Shown piece after piece: positions 1 to 13,489 of a stretch of DNA of 64,000 nt; the first letter of the stretch is position 1, and each line of letters starts with the position of its first letter. The stretch comes from Felis catus (taxonomy: Eukaryota), in contig NC_058370.1 in the NCBI RefSeq assembly GCF_018350175.1, forward strand, positions 620,001 to 684,000. Reading direction: 5' to 3'. The notes under the pieces are model-generated. The model was not told where the DNA came from and searched no databases. It worked only from the letters and a program-made list of their open reading frames with translations. Both the position numbers and the translations under genes were made by a program.

Positions 1-3000
1 TCCGGGCAGGAATCGGCAGTGACAGAGGGAACGGCAAGGAAGGGGTGGGCAAGGATGGCCGCAGACACCTCCCTGCGGGATTCCAGGCAGCTCCTTCTCG
101 TCCTGGACCGTCCTCAGGCCCTCAGGACACTGCCAATGACCGAGTGCAGTTGCAAGGCTGGGCCCCAAACGTACTGCAGAAGTGACTCCGCTTGAAAACC
201 CTTCCTCAACTGAGAAGGACGCAGTGTGTTAACAAACCCCACTGAATCCAACTAAATACCCACTTCAACACACACGCACACACACACACCCGCGGACACC
301 ACCAATTACACTTTTCTGCAGGATTCTCCGGTGGTAACAGAAGCCTGAAAATTCGGTACACTCCTTAACCTGGGAAAGTGGTTCTAGGAAATGATTCTAG
401 AAAAATAATAATGAAAGTATGCAACGATGTGCCCCAAAAGATGTTAACCAAATACAAAAGACTTGAAAATAACCTACATTTTTTTTTTAAGTTTTTATTT
501 TAGAGATAGAGAGCATGCCAGCGGTAAATTTCTAACCCCAGGGAGTAGTGACTGGCATATCCACAAATGTGAATTTAAAACTAAGAGAAGAATGGTCAAG
601 CTGATGGATGGAATGGAAAAGAGCACCGTGCACACAGCTTTCTGCGTGACGGGCAAAGAGCCACACAAGGCGTCAAAGGAGGGATGGCTGGTTTCATAAG
701 GAAAAGATTAGAAACTGGCTTCCCACATAAAAAACCCAACTCAATCTCCTACATCACAACATTCACAGGAATACGTTCCAGAATACGTAACACTTGAACC
801 TGAAAACAAGCATGTAGAACTATAAGGAAGGTTCTGGTTCCAGCCGTGGCCAAGTATAGAAAAACAAGGCTAAACCTCAGCGACACTGTCAAAACTCACA
901 GCTTCAGAGCTCTGGAAATGAAACGAAACGGATGACACACAGATAAGTCGTCATAGTTGAGGAAACGCCCAACTTTGGGGCGGAAAGGGAGCAGGGAGCG
1001 CCTGTGCCTTCGCCGCGGGGGCTGCCTCTTGCTTGCCCCTAGGGCGGAAGCGCGACAGGGGCAGAGACCCAGGGCCCGGAACACCAGTAGAGAACACCGA
1101 TGGCTCGTGCTGGGAGCCCGGGGGGAGCGGGCACTGGTGTGTCACAGGGAGGTATTTACCAGGGATGTAGAGACCCTGAACACGGAAGAACCACGGAAGG
1201 GCTCCACCCGCGAGCATCCCCGATTCTCTCGGAAACGATGTGCGCGTATCGGGGGCTCCAAGAGACGCCACGGCTAAGTGGAAACAGAGAGAGACTGGGG
1301 GCTGGCTGAACTATGGATGTGCCCCCCGCCCCAGCCCACATAAGTTGACTGACTGATGGGGAGAAGCCTCCTTGGCAAGAGTGTTGGGGAATAACTTCTG
1401 CCCAAATCACTGGCTGGCCGCTAAGCTATGCAGACACAGCAGTGACTCCCAAAGCGCCAGGCTAAAAAGGAAACACATATTAAGAGATCTGAGTAGCGGT
1501 ATCAGAGGCTGCACCCTATGAGGGGCACAGACTCTGTAACGCGGGCCCAGAAAACATACTAAAATGAAACAGAATACTGAGGAAGACGATTCAGAGTCCA
1601 GAGTTGCTACAACGTATTACCTGAAACGAACAGTTTTCAGTAAAACTTGCGAGACACGCAAACAAACAGCAAGGTGTGACCCACAGTTAGGAGCAAAAGC
1701 AGGTTTAACAGAACCCGAGTGGGCCCAAGTGCTGAATGCAGCAAAGACCTCAACACAGATAGCGTATGTTCCAAGCACTAACTAGAAACGTATGAAGGTG
1801 ATTCGGGAAACTGATTCTTGAAACGTAAACGCAAAGTGTGTGAAAGGGAGGAAGGAGAGTCTGCAGAGCTGGGAAGTCAACAGCCGAGACGAAACCCTCA
1901 TCGGACCAGACACCCCTGGCTTCCGGTCTGCACGTCAGGAGCTGGGGGGTCGCCCCTTTGCTCCAACCAAAGGTGAAAGGCCGAACAAACCAAAATTCTA
2001 GAACTCTTCTTAGATCCGCAAGAGAGGTGAGGTCACGCAGCAAACTGCTATGCCAAACTGGAGGCCAAAAGGTGAATGTGGAGAATCACCACTCAGCAGA
2101 CCGGTGACCCGCCAGCAGTCACCACGGCAGGACCCGGAAGTAGAAAGACAACCTTCACTGTGGCTGGGTGTGGACAAGTCTGAGTTGAAGCCTCCGGAGT
2201 TTGTGGCTTTTACTCGGGTGAAGACTGGAGAAAACTCGTCTTGTGCCCCAGCAGAGGGAGGGGAAGGGGGCATATTCTGAAAACCTCAGAGCACTGGCTC
2301 TTCCTAACAAGGCCCGTCCTCAGGGGAGACTGGCGAACCAGAGCCTAACTGCACAGGAGGTCAGGGAAACGCCCAAATCCAGCCCAGTCTGGCCACCCTG
2401 CCCCATCTGACGGGGGGTGGGGGGGTGAGGGTCATGATCCAGAGGCACCGGGATCTGGTCGGAGGGCCGCAGACTGCTTCCCTCCCTCACATCTCACCAC
2501 ATTACCAAAACCCCGTTAGAGCTATGGTTCCTTAAACCCAAAGACAAAGAAAAAATCCTGAAAACAGCAAAGAGAAGGCACTCCTCATGTACAAGGGATC
2601 TTTAGGAAGGCTAACTGCCAATTTCTCATCAGAAGCAACGGAGGCCAAGAGGCAGCGAGCGGGATGACAGATTTAAAGTCCTGAAAGAAAAAAACAACCA
2701 CCCGTCAACCAAAATTCTATCTCTGGCAAAACTATCCTTCAAAAGAGAAATTAAGACATTCCCATATAAACAAAAGCTGAGGGAGTCTGCTGCTAACAGA
2801 CCTGCCCCACAAGGGGTGCCCGTGTGGGTCCTTCGGACCAAAGCAAAAGGACACGAGACGGTAACTCAAGCCATGCGAACGCTGACACAGGCCACTACGT
2901 GGGTAAACGTACAAGCCGGTGTTGCTGAGGAAAACAGTAACGGGGGCACTGAGAAGCAAACGGCAGAAAGAAGGCCTACAGCAAACACAGAAGGAGGTGA

Positions 3001-3099
3001 CGGGCTGACTCAACCAGAGGGATGTGTGACTCCTGATCTCACGGTTGGGAGTTTGAGCCCCACGTTGGGTGTAGAGATTGGTTAAAAATAAAATCTCTA

Positions 3100-3317
3100 G
3101 GGGCGCCTGGGTGGTGCAGTCGGTTAAGCGTCCAACTTCAGCCAGGTCACGATCTCGCGGTCCGTGAGTTCGAGCCCTGCGTCAGGCTCTGGGCTGATGG
3201 CTCGGAGCCTAGAGCCTGTTTCTGATTCTGTGTCTCCCTCTCTCTCTGCCCCTCCCCCATTCATGCTCTGTCTCTCTCTGTCCCAAAAATAAATAAACGT
3301 TGGAAAAAAAAAAATTT
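3100..3317 (+). mobile_element. Felid Can-SINE with 16-bp TSD
   Basis: ggggcgcctgggtgg head, CT tract, A tail; TSD aaaaataaaatctcta at 3084-3099 and 3318-3333. Confidence 0.92.
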
Positions 3318-3399
3318 AAAAATAAAATCTCTAAAAACAAAAAGAAGAAAACAAAGAACAAAATGACCGAGATGTCTTTCCCCATCAGTAACCACTTTA

Positions 3400-3686
3400 C
3401 TTATTTTTAATTTCTAAAATAATTTTTTGTAATTTTTTAAATGCTTATTTATTTATATTTTTAAAAATTTTTAATGTTTTTATTTATTTTTGAAGGAGAG
3501 AGAGAGACAGAGCATGAGTGGGGATGGGGCAGAGAGAGAGGGAGACACAGAATCTGAAGCAGGCTCCAAGCTCTGAGCTGTCAACACAGAGCCCGATCCG
3601 GGGCTCGAACCCATGAACCACGCGAGATCATGACCTGAACCGAAATCCAGAGTCAACTGTTCAACCAACAGAGCTACCCAGCCACC
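3400..3686 (-). mobile_element. Can-SINE
   Basis: Reverse-complement SINE; TSD catcagtaaccacttta. Confidence 0.88.
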
Positions 3687-3703
3687 CATCAGTAACCACT
3701 TTA

Positions 3704-3929
3704 TTTTTTTTTTTTTTAATTTTTTTTTTTAACGTTTATTTATGTTTGGGACAGAGAGAGAGCATGAACGGGGGAGGGTCAGAGAGAGAGGGAGACACAG
3801 AATCGGAAGCAGGCTCCAGGCTCTGAGCCATCAGCCCAGAGCCCAACGCAGGGCTTGAACTCACGAACCGCGAGATCGTGACCTGAGCTGAAGTCGGACG
3901 CTTAACCGACTGAGCCACCCAGGCGCCCC
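3704..3929 (-). mobile_element. Felid Can-SINE
   Basis: Ends ccacccaggcgcccc; TSD taaccacttta. Confidence 0.92.
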
Positions 3930-4147
3930 TAACCACTTTAAATGTAAGTGAGGTAAACTCTAATTCAAAGGCAAAACTGTAAAAATGGGTAAAAAGAATC
4001 ATCAAATTCTATGCTATCTATAAGAGACTTATTTTGGGTCCAACGATGACAATATGTTGAAAGTTACTAATGTAGATTTTTCATAAAAAGTGGTGTAACA
4101 TGAACTTTTGAAAAGTGGGGGAATATCTGTATAGAAAATCCTAAATA

Positions 4148-4372
4148 GGGGATGAGCCTGCGTGGCTCAGTTGGTTAAGCATCTGACCCTTGATTTCAGC
4201 TCAGGTCATGATGTCACAATTTGTGAGTTCAAGCCCTGAGCTGGGCTCTGTGCTGATGGCGTGGAGTCTGCTTGGGACTCTCTTTCTCCCTCCTCTCTGC
4301 CCCTCCCTCCCTACCTCCCTCTCAAAAACAAATATATAAACTTAAAAAAAAAAAAAACAAACTTTAAATTAA
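4148..4372 (+). mobile_element. Can-SINE
   Basis: tRNA-derived head, A tail. Confidence 0.85.
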
Positions 4373-4513
4373 AGAGGAAAATCCTAAGTAATCCATAGAA
4401 AGTCCTATTAGGGCTAATAAATGAATTCAGCAATATCACAGGATACAAGATCAACATACAAAAATCAGTTGTATTTTAATACACTAGCAATGAGCAACGT
4501 AAAAACGAAATCT

Positions 4514-4637
4514 GGGGCGCCTGGGTAGCTTAGTCGGTTAAGCAGCCGACTCTCAATTTTGGTTCAGGTCCTGATCTTACAGTCACGAGATCAAGCCCTG
4601 TACTGGGTTCTGTGCTGAGTGTGGAGCCTGCTTAAGA

Positions 4638-4682
<45 letters not shown>

Positions 4683-4722
4683 CTGGGTTCTGTGCTGAGT
4701 GTGGAGCCTGCTTAAGATTCAT

Positions 4723-4753
<31 letters not shown>

Positions 4754-4950
4754 GCTCCTCCCCAACTCGTGAGTGCTCTTTCACACACACACAAAAATAA
4801 TAAAAATGAAATTAATAGGGGCACCTGCTGGGCTCAATCAGAAAAGCATGTGACTCTGGATCTCGGGGTCATGAGTTTTAGCCCCATGGTGGGTGTAGAG
4901 ATTACTTAAATAAGTAAAACTTAAAAAAAATTTTTTTAATTAAAAAAAAA
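4514..4950 (+). mobile_element. Can-SINE with an internal duplication, followed by a short older SINE
   Basis: Heads at 4514 and 4818; (CT)n tracts. Confidence 0.82.
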
Positions 4951-5213
4951 ATGGAAGTGTTTCATTTATAATGTCATCAAAATGAACAAAGTACTTCGAA
5001 ATAAATTTGACCAAAACCTGAAAACTATACAACACTGTTGAAATAAAAGAAAACTTAAATAAATAGAAAGACGTCGCCTGTTCATGGTCAGAAGACTTAA
5101 AACTGTCAGGATGGCAACAGTCCCCAAACTGATCTGCGGCTTCCATACATCCCTATGAAAATCCCAATGGTCTTTCATGCAGAAACAGACAAGCTGATTT
5201 TAACATTGATACG

Positions 5214-5479
5214 GGGGCGCCTGGGTGGCTCAGTAGGTTAAGCATCTGACTTTTGATTTCAGCTCAAGGACTTGATCTCAAGGTCAAGTTCAAGCCCTGT
5301 GTTGGGCTCTGTGCTGGATGTGAGTGAAGCCTCAGAGGCGCTTGGGTGGTTCCGTCGGTTGAACGTCCGACTCTGGATTTTGGCACAGGTCACGATCCCG
5401 GGGTCTGGGGACGGAACGTGCACTGAGCATGGAGCCTGCATAAGATTCTCTCTCTCCCTCTGCTCCTCCCCTGCTTGCA

Positions 5480-5510
<31 letters not shown>

Positions 5511-5550
5511 GCATGTTCTTTCACAAATAAAGTTAAAAATAAACAAATAA
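5214..5550 (+). mobile_element. Two adjacent Can-SINE pieces, with a (CA)n tail
   Basis: Heads at 5214 and about 5336. Confidence 0.8.
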
Positions 5551-6036
5551 ATACTAAAATTCACATGTAATTGCAAAGGATCTTCGATACCCAAAAGAAT
5601 CCCGAAAAACAGAGCAAATGTTGGAGAACTACCACTTCCTGATTTCAAAGCTCAATCACAACAAGGTAGCGCTGTCCTAAACACAGACGTACAGACAGAT
5701 GAAACAGGAGACAGAGCTCAGAAGTAACCCCTCACGTGCATAATCGATGGATTTTCAACAAGCGGGTCGCGACCACTCAATGGGAAAAGACCAGTCTTTT
5801 CCACAAATAGCGCCGGAAAAGCGACATCCACATACAAAAAAATGAAATTGGACCCTTACCTTACACTATTAGAGCATGTGATTTATAAAGGAAATAAGGT
5901 CAGATCACTATTAAGCTTTTCAACAATATCTCACATAACAAGAAAACAGAGTGACATATTTAAGACATTCAAAGCAAGTTGTGCAAGCTGAGCATTTCAT
6001 ATCCAACGAAACTCATCTTCAAGACTAAAAGACACA

Positions 6037-6263
6037 GGGGTGCCTGGGTGGCTCAGTCAGTTAAGCGTCTGACTTCGGCTCAGGTCATGATCTCACGGTT
6101 TCGTGAGTTCGAGCCCCGGGTCGGGTCTGTGCTGACAGCTCAGAGCCTGGAGCCTGCTTCAGGTTCTATGTCTCCCTCTCTCTCTGCTCCTCCCCAGCTC
6201 ATGCTCTGTCTCTGTCTCCTTCAAAAATAAATAAAAACATTTAAAAAAAATTAAAAAAAAAAA
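6037..6263 (+). mobile_element. Can-SINE with TSD
   Basis: TSD aagactaaaagacaca at 6021-6036 and 6264-6279. Confidence 0.9.
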
Positions 6264-6913
6264 AAGACTAAAAGACACAAACAAAAATTTATCAGCATGC
6301 CAGATCTCTGGAAATGTGATTCCCATGAGCCCGTCCTGAGGAATCTAATAGAAAATGAGCCTCAGACAACCAAACTGACTAGAAAGACACCAACATGTGG
6401 GACGCTGGTGAGCATGAAACACGCAATTCTTTCTAGAACTACGGCTGAGTGTAAGAGGAAGATGATGGCACGGGACACTGTGTGGTCGGACACGGTAGGA
6501 CCACATGAGGTAGTCGTCAGTCATCCTACCAAAGAGAGGCTGTTGTGACTCTCAGTGTCACGTGTGTAAGACAAGATGAAACCAAGAAGTCCGGATGGGA
6601 CATCTAGGGTCCGCCATGCCCTTGAGAACCAGAGAAGGAAATAAAGATGTGGTCCAGAGAAGATCAAGTAAAAATGCCACAGTCCTGATCTGAGTTGGAA
6701 AGAGGAGTATGAATTCACAAGGTATTCTGTCCTTAAAAAATAGGTGCATGGTGTGTGCACACACACGCTTATATACGCAGACGCACACGTCCACCTAGAC
6801 TTCTTAGCTCTGTGTACTGAAAAGACCCAGGACAATGACTGCCCAGTAACAAAGAATATCCCAGTGCTTGCACTGTCTTGCAAAACCATCTCCCATTAAA
6901 GGAAACCAGGGCT

Positions 6914-7083
6914 GGGCACCGGGGTGGCTCAGTCGGTTAAGCATCCGACTTCAGCTCAGGTCATGATCTCATGGTTCATGAGTTTCAGCCCCATGTCGGG
7001 TGAGCTCCAGCCCCACTTTGGGTGAACACAAGCCCTGCTTCGTGTAAAACATGAGCCCCGGGTGAGCCCCACTTCTCTCTCTG
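6914..7083 (+). mobile_element. Can-SINE truncated by an assembly gap
   Basis: gtggctcagtcggttaagcatccgact head. Confidence 0.8.
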
Positions 7084-7213
7084 NNNNNNNNNNNNNNNNN
7101 NNNNNNNNNNNNNNNNNNNNNNNNNNNNNNNNNNNNNNNNNNNNNNNNNNNNNNNNNNNNNNNNNNNNNNNNNNNNNNNNNNNNNNNNNNNNNNNNNNNN
7201 NNNNNNNNNNNNN
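7084..7213. other. Assembly gap (other gaps: 9257-9625, 43712-43848, 58056-58196)
   Basis: Runs of N. Confidence 1.
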
Positions 7214-7344
7214 AGACGTCATTGATTCCAGATGGGACAGCTTGAGTCTCAATAAGGATCAGAATCTCAAGAGATTGAAATTTGTCAAATATGTTGAAAT
7301 CCATGAGTCCATAAAGATACTGGAAATATTTTAAAAGCATCTTT

Positions 7345-7543
7345 TTAAGTTTATTTATTTTGAGAGAGACAGAGACAGTGCAAGTGGGGCAGGGGCAGAG
7401 AGAAAGGAGACAGAGAATCCCAAGCAGGCTCTGGGCTGCCAGTGTAGAACCTGATGTGGGGCTTGAACCCACAAAACTGTGAGATCATGACCTGAGCTGA
7501 AACCAAGTCAGATGCTCAACCGACTGAGCTGCCCAGACGCCCC
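7345..7543 (-). mobile_element. Can-SINE
   Basis: Reverse-complement SINE; flanking ctggaaatatttt repeats. Confidence 0.85.
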
Positions 7544-7632
7544 TGGAAATATTTTTTTTTTAACCTAATTCATTACTTTCTCACCATGAAAGAAAACCAA
7601 CTCGTTATCTTGGAAACTACGTAAAGAAAACA

Positions 7633-9256
7633 GGAACAGAATAGAGAACCCAGAAATGGACCCACAAACATATGGCCAACTAATCTTTGGCAAAGCAGGA
7701 AAGAATATCCCATGGAATAAAGACAGTCTCTTCAGCAACTGGTGCTGGGAAAACTGGACAGCGACATGAAGAATGAACCTGGACCACTTTCTTACACCAG
7801 ACACAAAAATAAACTCAAAATGGATGAGAGACCCAAACGTAAGAAAGGAAGCCATCAAAATCCTCGAGGAGAAAGCAGGCAAAAACCTCTTTGACTTCGG
7901 CCACAGCAACTTCTTATTCAACACGTCTCCGGAGGCAAGGGAAACAAAAGCAAAAATGAACTACCAGGACCTCATCAAGATAAAAAGCTTCTGCACAGGG
8001 AAGGAAACAATCAGCAAAACTAAATGGCAACCGACAGAATGGGAGAAGATATTTGCAAACGACATATCAGATAAAGGGCTGGTATCCAAAATCCATAAAG
8101 AACTCATCAAACCCAACATCCAGAAAACAAATAATCCATTGGAGAAATGGGCAAAGACATGAATAGACGCTTCTCCAAAGAAGACATTCAGGTGGCCAAC
8201 AGACACACAAAAAGATGCTCAACATATTCATCACCAGGGAAATACAAATCAAAACCACAATGAGATACCACCTCACCCCTGTCAGAATGACTAACGTTAA
8301 CAACTCAGGCAACAACAGATGTTGGTGAGGATGCAGAGAGACAGAGAATCTCTTTTGCATTGTCGGTGGCAATGCAAGCTCGTGCAGCCACTCTGGAAAA
8401 CAGGATGGAGGGTCCTCAAAAAACTAAACAGAACTACTCTATGACCCAGCAATTACACTACTAGGAATTTATCCAAGGGATACAGGATGCTGATTCGAAG
8501 GGGCATATGCACCCCAATGTTTACAGCAGCACTACTGACAATAGCCAAAGTAGGGAAAGAGCCCAAATGTCCACAGACTGGTGAACGGATAAAGACAATG
8601 TTGTATACGTATATATACCCAATGGAACATTACCCAGCGATGAAAAAGAATGAAATCTTGCCACTTGCAACAACGTGGATGGAACTACAACATATTGTGC
8701 TAAGCAATATAAATCAGAGAAGACCAATATCATACAATCTAACTTATAGGTGGAATTTAAGAAACACAACACATAAACATAGGGAAGGGAAGGAAAAATA
8801 AGATAAAAACAGCAGGAAGCAAGCCATAAGAGACTCTTAAATACAGGGAACAAACTGAGGGTTGCTGGCTGGGAGGTGGGGGGTGATGGGCTAAAGGGGG
8901 TGATGGGCATTAAGGAGGAAGGACACTTGTTGGAGATGCCTGGGTGGTTCAATCAGTTAAGCGTCCGACTTCGGCTCAGGTCATGATCTCACGGTTTGTG
9001 GGTTAAAGCCCCTTGCTGGGCTCTGTGCTGACAGCTCGCAGCCTGGAACCTGCTTCAGATTCTGTGTCTCCCTCTCTCTCTGCCCTTCCCCTGCTTGTGC
9101 TCTGTCTCTCTTTCTCTCAAAAATAAATAAACATTAAGAAAAATTAAAAAAAAAAAGAGGACACTTGTTGGGGTGAGCACTGGGTGTTGTACGTAAATGA
9201 TGAATCACTAAATTCTACTCCTGAAACCATTAATACGCTATTATGTTACTAACTTG
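7633..9256 (+). mobile_element. 5'-truncated carnivore L1 (ORF2 C-terminus plus 3' UTR), frameshifted
   Basis: ORF 7773-8162 ([15 protein letters not shown]...IKIKSFCT...[10 protein letters not shown]) and CTPMFTAAL are L1 ORF2-like; SINE inserted at about 8932-9156. Confidence 0.92.
8932..9156 (+). mobile_element. Can-SINE nested in the L1 3' UTR
   Basis: TSD aggacacttgttgg. Confidence 0.88.
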
Positions 9257-10905
9257 NNNNNNNNNNNNNNNNNNNNNNNNNNNNNNNNNNNNNNNNNNNN
9301 NNNNNNNNNNNNNNNNNNNNNNNNNNNNNNNNNNNNNNNNNNNNNNNNNNNNNNNNNNNNNNNNNNNNNNNNNNNNNNNNNNNNNNNNNNNNNNNNNNNN
9401 NNNNNNNNNNNNNNNNNNNNNNNNNNNNNNNNNNNNNNNNNNNNNNNNNNNNNNNNNNNNNNNNNNNNNNNNNNNNNNNNNNNNNNNNNNNNNNNNNNNN
9501 NNNNNNNNNNNNNNNNNNNNNNNNNNNNNNNNNNNNNNNNNNNNNNNNNNNNNNNNNNNNNNNNNNNNNNNNNNNNNNNNNNNNNNNNNNNNNNNNNNNN
9601 NNNNNNNNNNNNNNNNNNNNNNNNNCCAGCATTTGTCCTGCATTTCCTATGTGAACTGTTAACACTGGGTTGCCAAACCACAGATGATGGAAAGCCTCTT
9701 AAAAGGTAATAAATGCAAATGGACTGAAAGATGTCTGCTTTGCAGTCCCCACCACATCAGTGGATCAGGCACTTATCACCAAGGGATCGGTCACTGTGAA
9801 TGTCACCACATGAGGCAGCAAGTAGCTCCTGATGAAAGAACCGTACACGCTGTCTTGCCAAAGGGTGTGAGCCTGCGTATGGTCCCCGGCTGCAGCTGCC
9901 CGCTCGCAGAGGGACGTGCTGGACCCCACCAGGGGTGTTCAGTGACGGGGCAAAGGGCCCACTCCCTCAATAAACTGTGAGGCCAGGAAAGGCAGGCAGA
10001 AAGGTGTGGACAGCCAGATTCAGACACGGCAGCTTAGTGAGCGAGACTACACTAGGGCACTTACAAAACAGCTACACTTGAGTGATGAGCCCTAAGGAAC
10101 AGAGAGGTGATTGTAATAAAAGTCTGCAAGAGTGGTGATTTTTGTAGTTGAGAGCAGGCCATGTCTGGTTTGAGGTGCACGGAGGGGCCTCGGGGGTGGC
10201 AGCAGTTCTCACCGAGTGGTGATGGCCAGGGGGCTACAGTAATCCCCAGGCTATGAATTTACTTCCCACGTCTGATTTTATTTTGCGGCAAGATGAAAGT
10301 TTATACCCACTCTGAACTTACAACGCGTGACGTGCTACCTTAGACTCTTTGCACACATTGACGTCTTTCATTCTCCGAACCACTGTGAAAACCAGTTCTC
10401 CCTTCCCTTTTACAGAGGAGATGGAAACATAGAGACTAAGTCACAACAAACGTATCGAAAGCTACTCTACCTCACTAGCATCTAGAAAACGCAAATCCAA
10501 TCATGAGACCGTTTTCCCAGCTTTTCAGCGGGCAGGAATCTGCAAGTCGGATAATGTTCCCACGGTGGCTATAGAGAAGACTAAAGAAAAGGACTGGGAC
10601 ACCTGGGACCAGAAACTGCATGTACTCTGCACCCCGGCGACGTCACGTCCCGGGGAAATTCTCAGCAGGAACAGAGAAGACACTGAGATGTTCACAGCCA
10701 GTTGTTTGTATAAATAAAAACTGGAAAACACCCCGAAGGAAACAGAATAAATAAAATGTAGCATTTCACAAGAAAAAATAGCAGTTACCAGACAGCTCTG
10801 TAAACACCAATATAGATGCCCCTCACAAACGTGCCTAGTGAACAAAGCCAATTACAAAATGAACCACACCGCGTGATACACTTGTTTTAAAAACAGCACG
10901 AATAT

Positions 10906-11088
10906 GGGGTGCCTGGGGGGCTCAGTGTGTTAAGCCTCTGACTTCGGCTCACAGTTCGTGGGTTTGAGCCCCTCGACGGGCTCTGTGCTGTCAGTGCAGA
11001 GCCTGGAGCCTGCTTCGGGTTCTGTGTCTCCTTCTCTCTTCCCAAAATAAACGTTAAACACGCGTGTATTAAACATTAAAAGAAAAAA
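10906..11088 (+). mobile_element. Can-SINE
   Basis: TSD aaaacagcacRaatatg. Confidence 0.85.
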
Positions 11089-12418
11089 AACAGCACAAAT
11101 ATGCAGCCTTCGCATATACGCTCGCATCTGTGAAGAACACACACCAGAAACACAATGGAGTTGTGAGGATGACAGCCCCCTGGGGTGGGGAGGGGGCAGT
11201 AACAGAGTGGAGAGTCAAAGGGTGCTTCAACTCTACCCACTTTATATCACTTTTAAAAACGCAAAGGAAACGCGAGAAAATAGCTGATTGCTCCTAGGTG
11301 GAGGCGAGCGCTGTTGCGGGACGCGTCAGGCCTAAAGCTAACGCAGCAGCAGCTTGGGAAGGTATGGCACCTAGGGGCCATCTCAGAGCTGGCCTGTCCC
11401 CCCGCGCAAGCTCCCGCGCCACCTCCCCGAGCCCGGCAACCTCGGCCACTGCAGGGCCCACCCCGCAGGGCTGCTGTACGGATGAGTTCACGCACGCGGA
11501 AGTCTGGGACCAGGGCCTGGCCCAGAGGAAGCAGCGCCCGGATGCGTCGCCAGGGGCGTGGAGGTGCCCCAGAGGGACTAACGGCAGAGAGGTCAGAGGG
11601 CTCACTGCTCTGCTCCTTGACCCACTTGCTCCCCAGCACGTGGGTGCGTCCACTCCGCGCACGCTCATCGGGCACACCTACGGTGGACGCGCCCTCCCGT
11701 ACATAAGCTCCGCTTCAGTAAAACTTAGAGAAAAAAAGAAGCAAAGAAAAATGCGCCACATAACGCTGTGGGCCCAGCGGCAGAGCCTACAAGGAAAGAC
11801 GCCAACCGAAGACCTAGGAACGGTGTCTCCGCACTGCTGACCAAAAGAAAATTACCTGCGAAAGATTTCAGCAGACGTTCCTCCCAAAGACAAAGTAAAA
11901 AGGAGCAAAGACAAAGTTACACGCTTAAGAAACAGAAGACGTCGTTCCGACAGCCACGGAAACTTCAACGTAAACAAAACGTGACTGACAATCTTGTTGG
12001 GGTACGTCCTTAAGCGTTCATAGGTGAAAAAACCAGTAACTTCTAGAATACGCTTTGAGACAAGCCCGAGAAAGCCACACAGCACGGGGAAAAGCGCTGA
12101 AGCCGACTGGCAAACGCCGGCCACCCAGGAGGCTGGGTGGCGGAGCCGGGGCGCTGGCGGGGACCTGTACTGCAGCGGGCTTCTCTCTGAACACAACCAG
12201 CGGCGGGTGGGGGGCCGTTCTTTGCAAGGTAAGCCCTGCCACACTTCCCCATCCGCCCACGGAAATCCAGGGGGCACGTAAGCAAGGACACGGCTGTGAG
12301 GATCCACCGGCCCCCAAAGCCCTCTCTCTGTCGGCACCCTGCGGGCAGAGGACCCACTGTGACCCTGAGCCTGCCCCTCCTCCCCCACTCCGTGGGCCCC
12401 CAGATGCAAAGGCTTTAC

Positions 12419-13002
12419 CTGCAGTTCTCCTGGAAGCGGCACTTGCCCTCCAAGAAGAACGGGCAGGGCTTCAGAGACTTGTGAGTGGGGTAGAGATAAA
12501 GGACCCGCACGCCCGCCGAGCCGTCGTCCGCCTCCTCTGCGCCCACGATCATGGCGTTGTGGTACTCCAGGGTGCCCCAGGAGCTGTAGTAGGGGGCGTT
12601 CACCTTCCTCCCACTCCACTCTTCCTCCTCCTCGTCCTCTCCCTCTTCCTCCTCCTGCCCAGGCCTGCTGGGTTCCGGCCTGGCCTCCCCTTCAGGAGCC
12701 GTCTCCAGCTCTGCCCTGGGGGCTACAGACCCCTGCGCCCCCTCAGCAACGGCCTCCTGGAAAGCCAGGTACTCGGCATCGCCCCGGGCGGGGTGCTCTC
12801 CGTCCAACGTGGCCAGCAGCTTGCTCTTCCTGACGGACACCAGGCTGGCCTCGGTGAGCTCGATCAGCTCCTTCAGGTCCCCCTGCAGCTGGCGCAGGTC
12901 GGCCAGCTCCGAGGGATCCAGGCCGGCTCCCAGAGCCAGCTCCACCTGCTGCAGCTGGGCGTCATAGGTCCGCAGGGCGGTCTGCAGGCTCTCCTCGTCC
13001 AT
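12419..13002 (-). CDS. ZGPAT: ZGPAT (zinc finger CCCH-type and G-patch domain protein), first coding exon; the rest of the gene lies outside the window to the left
   Basis: MDEESLQTALRTYDAQLQQVELALGAG...YPTHKSLKPCPFFLEGKCRFQENCR (start of the CCCH finger). Acceptor ttccttgcag| (exon starts 13046); donor AG|GTAAAG at 12417-12418; 584 coding nt. Confidence 0.97.
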
Positions 13003-13489
13003 CCTGGACGGAACGAAGGCAGGGGCGCGTCCTCGGGGCCTCAGAGCTGCAAGGAACACAAGCCGAGGGGTCCCGGACCTGCCGCCCTTATTGCCGGGCC
13101 ACCCCCCTGCGGGGCCGACGCCGCGCCCTGCGCCGACAGCTGCACTCCGCAGTCCTCACCGCAGCCTGCTATTCTCCCTCCCGTTTGGGGGACGAGAAAA
13201 AGGGCCGGCAAGGCCATCAGCTCCGAGTGGAAAAGCCGCTGGCCCCGCGGCCTCGGCTCCCCTCCCTCCGCGCCCGGCGCTCCCCGGCCCCGCCCCCCAG
13301 GTCACCCCTCTCCCACCGCCCCCCCCAAACCCCCGGCCTCCCCGGCCCCAGCCCGCCTCCGCTCGCCCTGTCACCTCGGGCCCCGGCCCTGTCGCCCCAG
13401 ATCGCGCCCCCTCGCCCGGGCGGGGCCCCTCCGCCTCCGCCTCCGCGCGGGCTTCCCGGCCGCGGCCATAGAGACCCCGCGGGCCTCAC

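Larger units (their letters stand above)
2530..5870 (+). mobile_element. Old fragmented L1 (ORF1 end and ORF2 pieces) interrupted by many SINEs
   Basis: Degenerate L1 signatures: aaagaaaaaatcctgaaaacagca; ORF2 start taaccactttaaatgtaa; caggatacaagatcaacatacaaaaatcagttg; tgaaattggacccttacc. Confidence 0.75.

Noticed and set aside
3100-3200. tRNA-like A/B boxes at SINE heads
   Set aside because: These are tRNA-derived Can-SINEs with CT tracts, A tails and TSDs, not tRNA genes
7773-8801. L1 ORF2 pieces as an active element or gene
   Set aside because: 5'-truncated, with stops and frameshifts
9230-9709. ORFs made of X residues (also near 7100, 43700 and 58100)
   Set aside because: Assembly gaps
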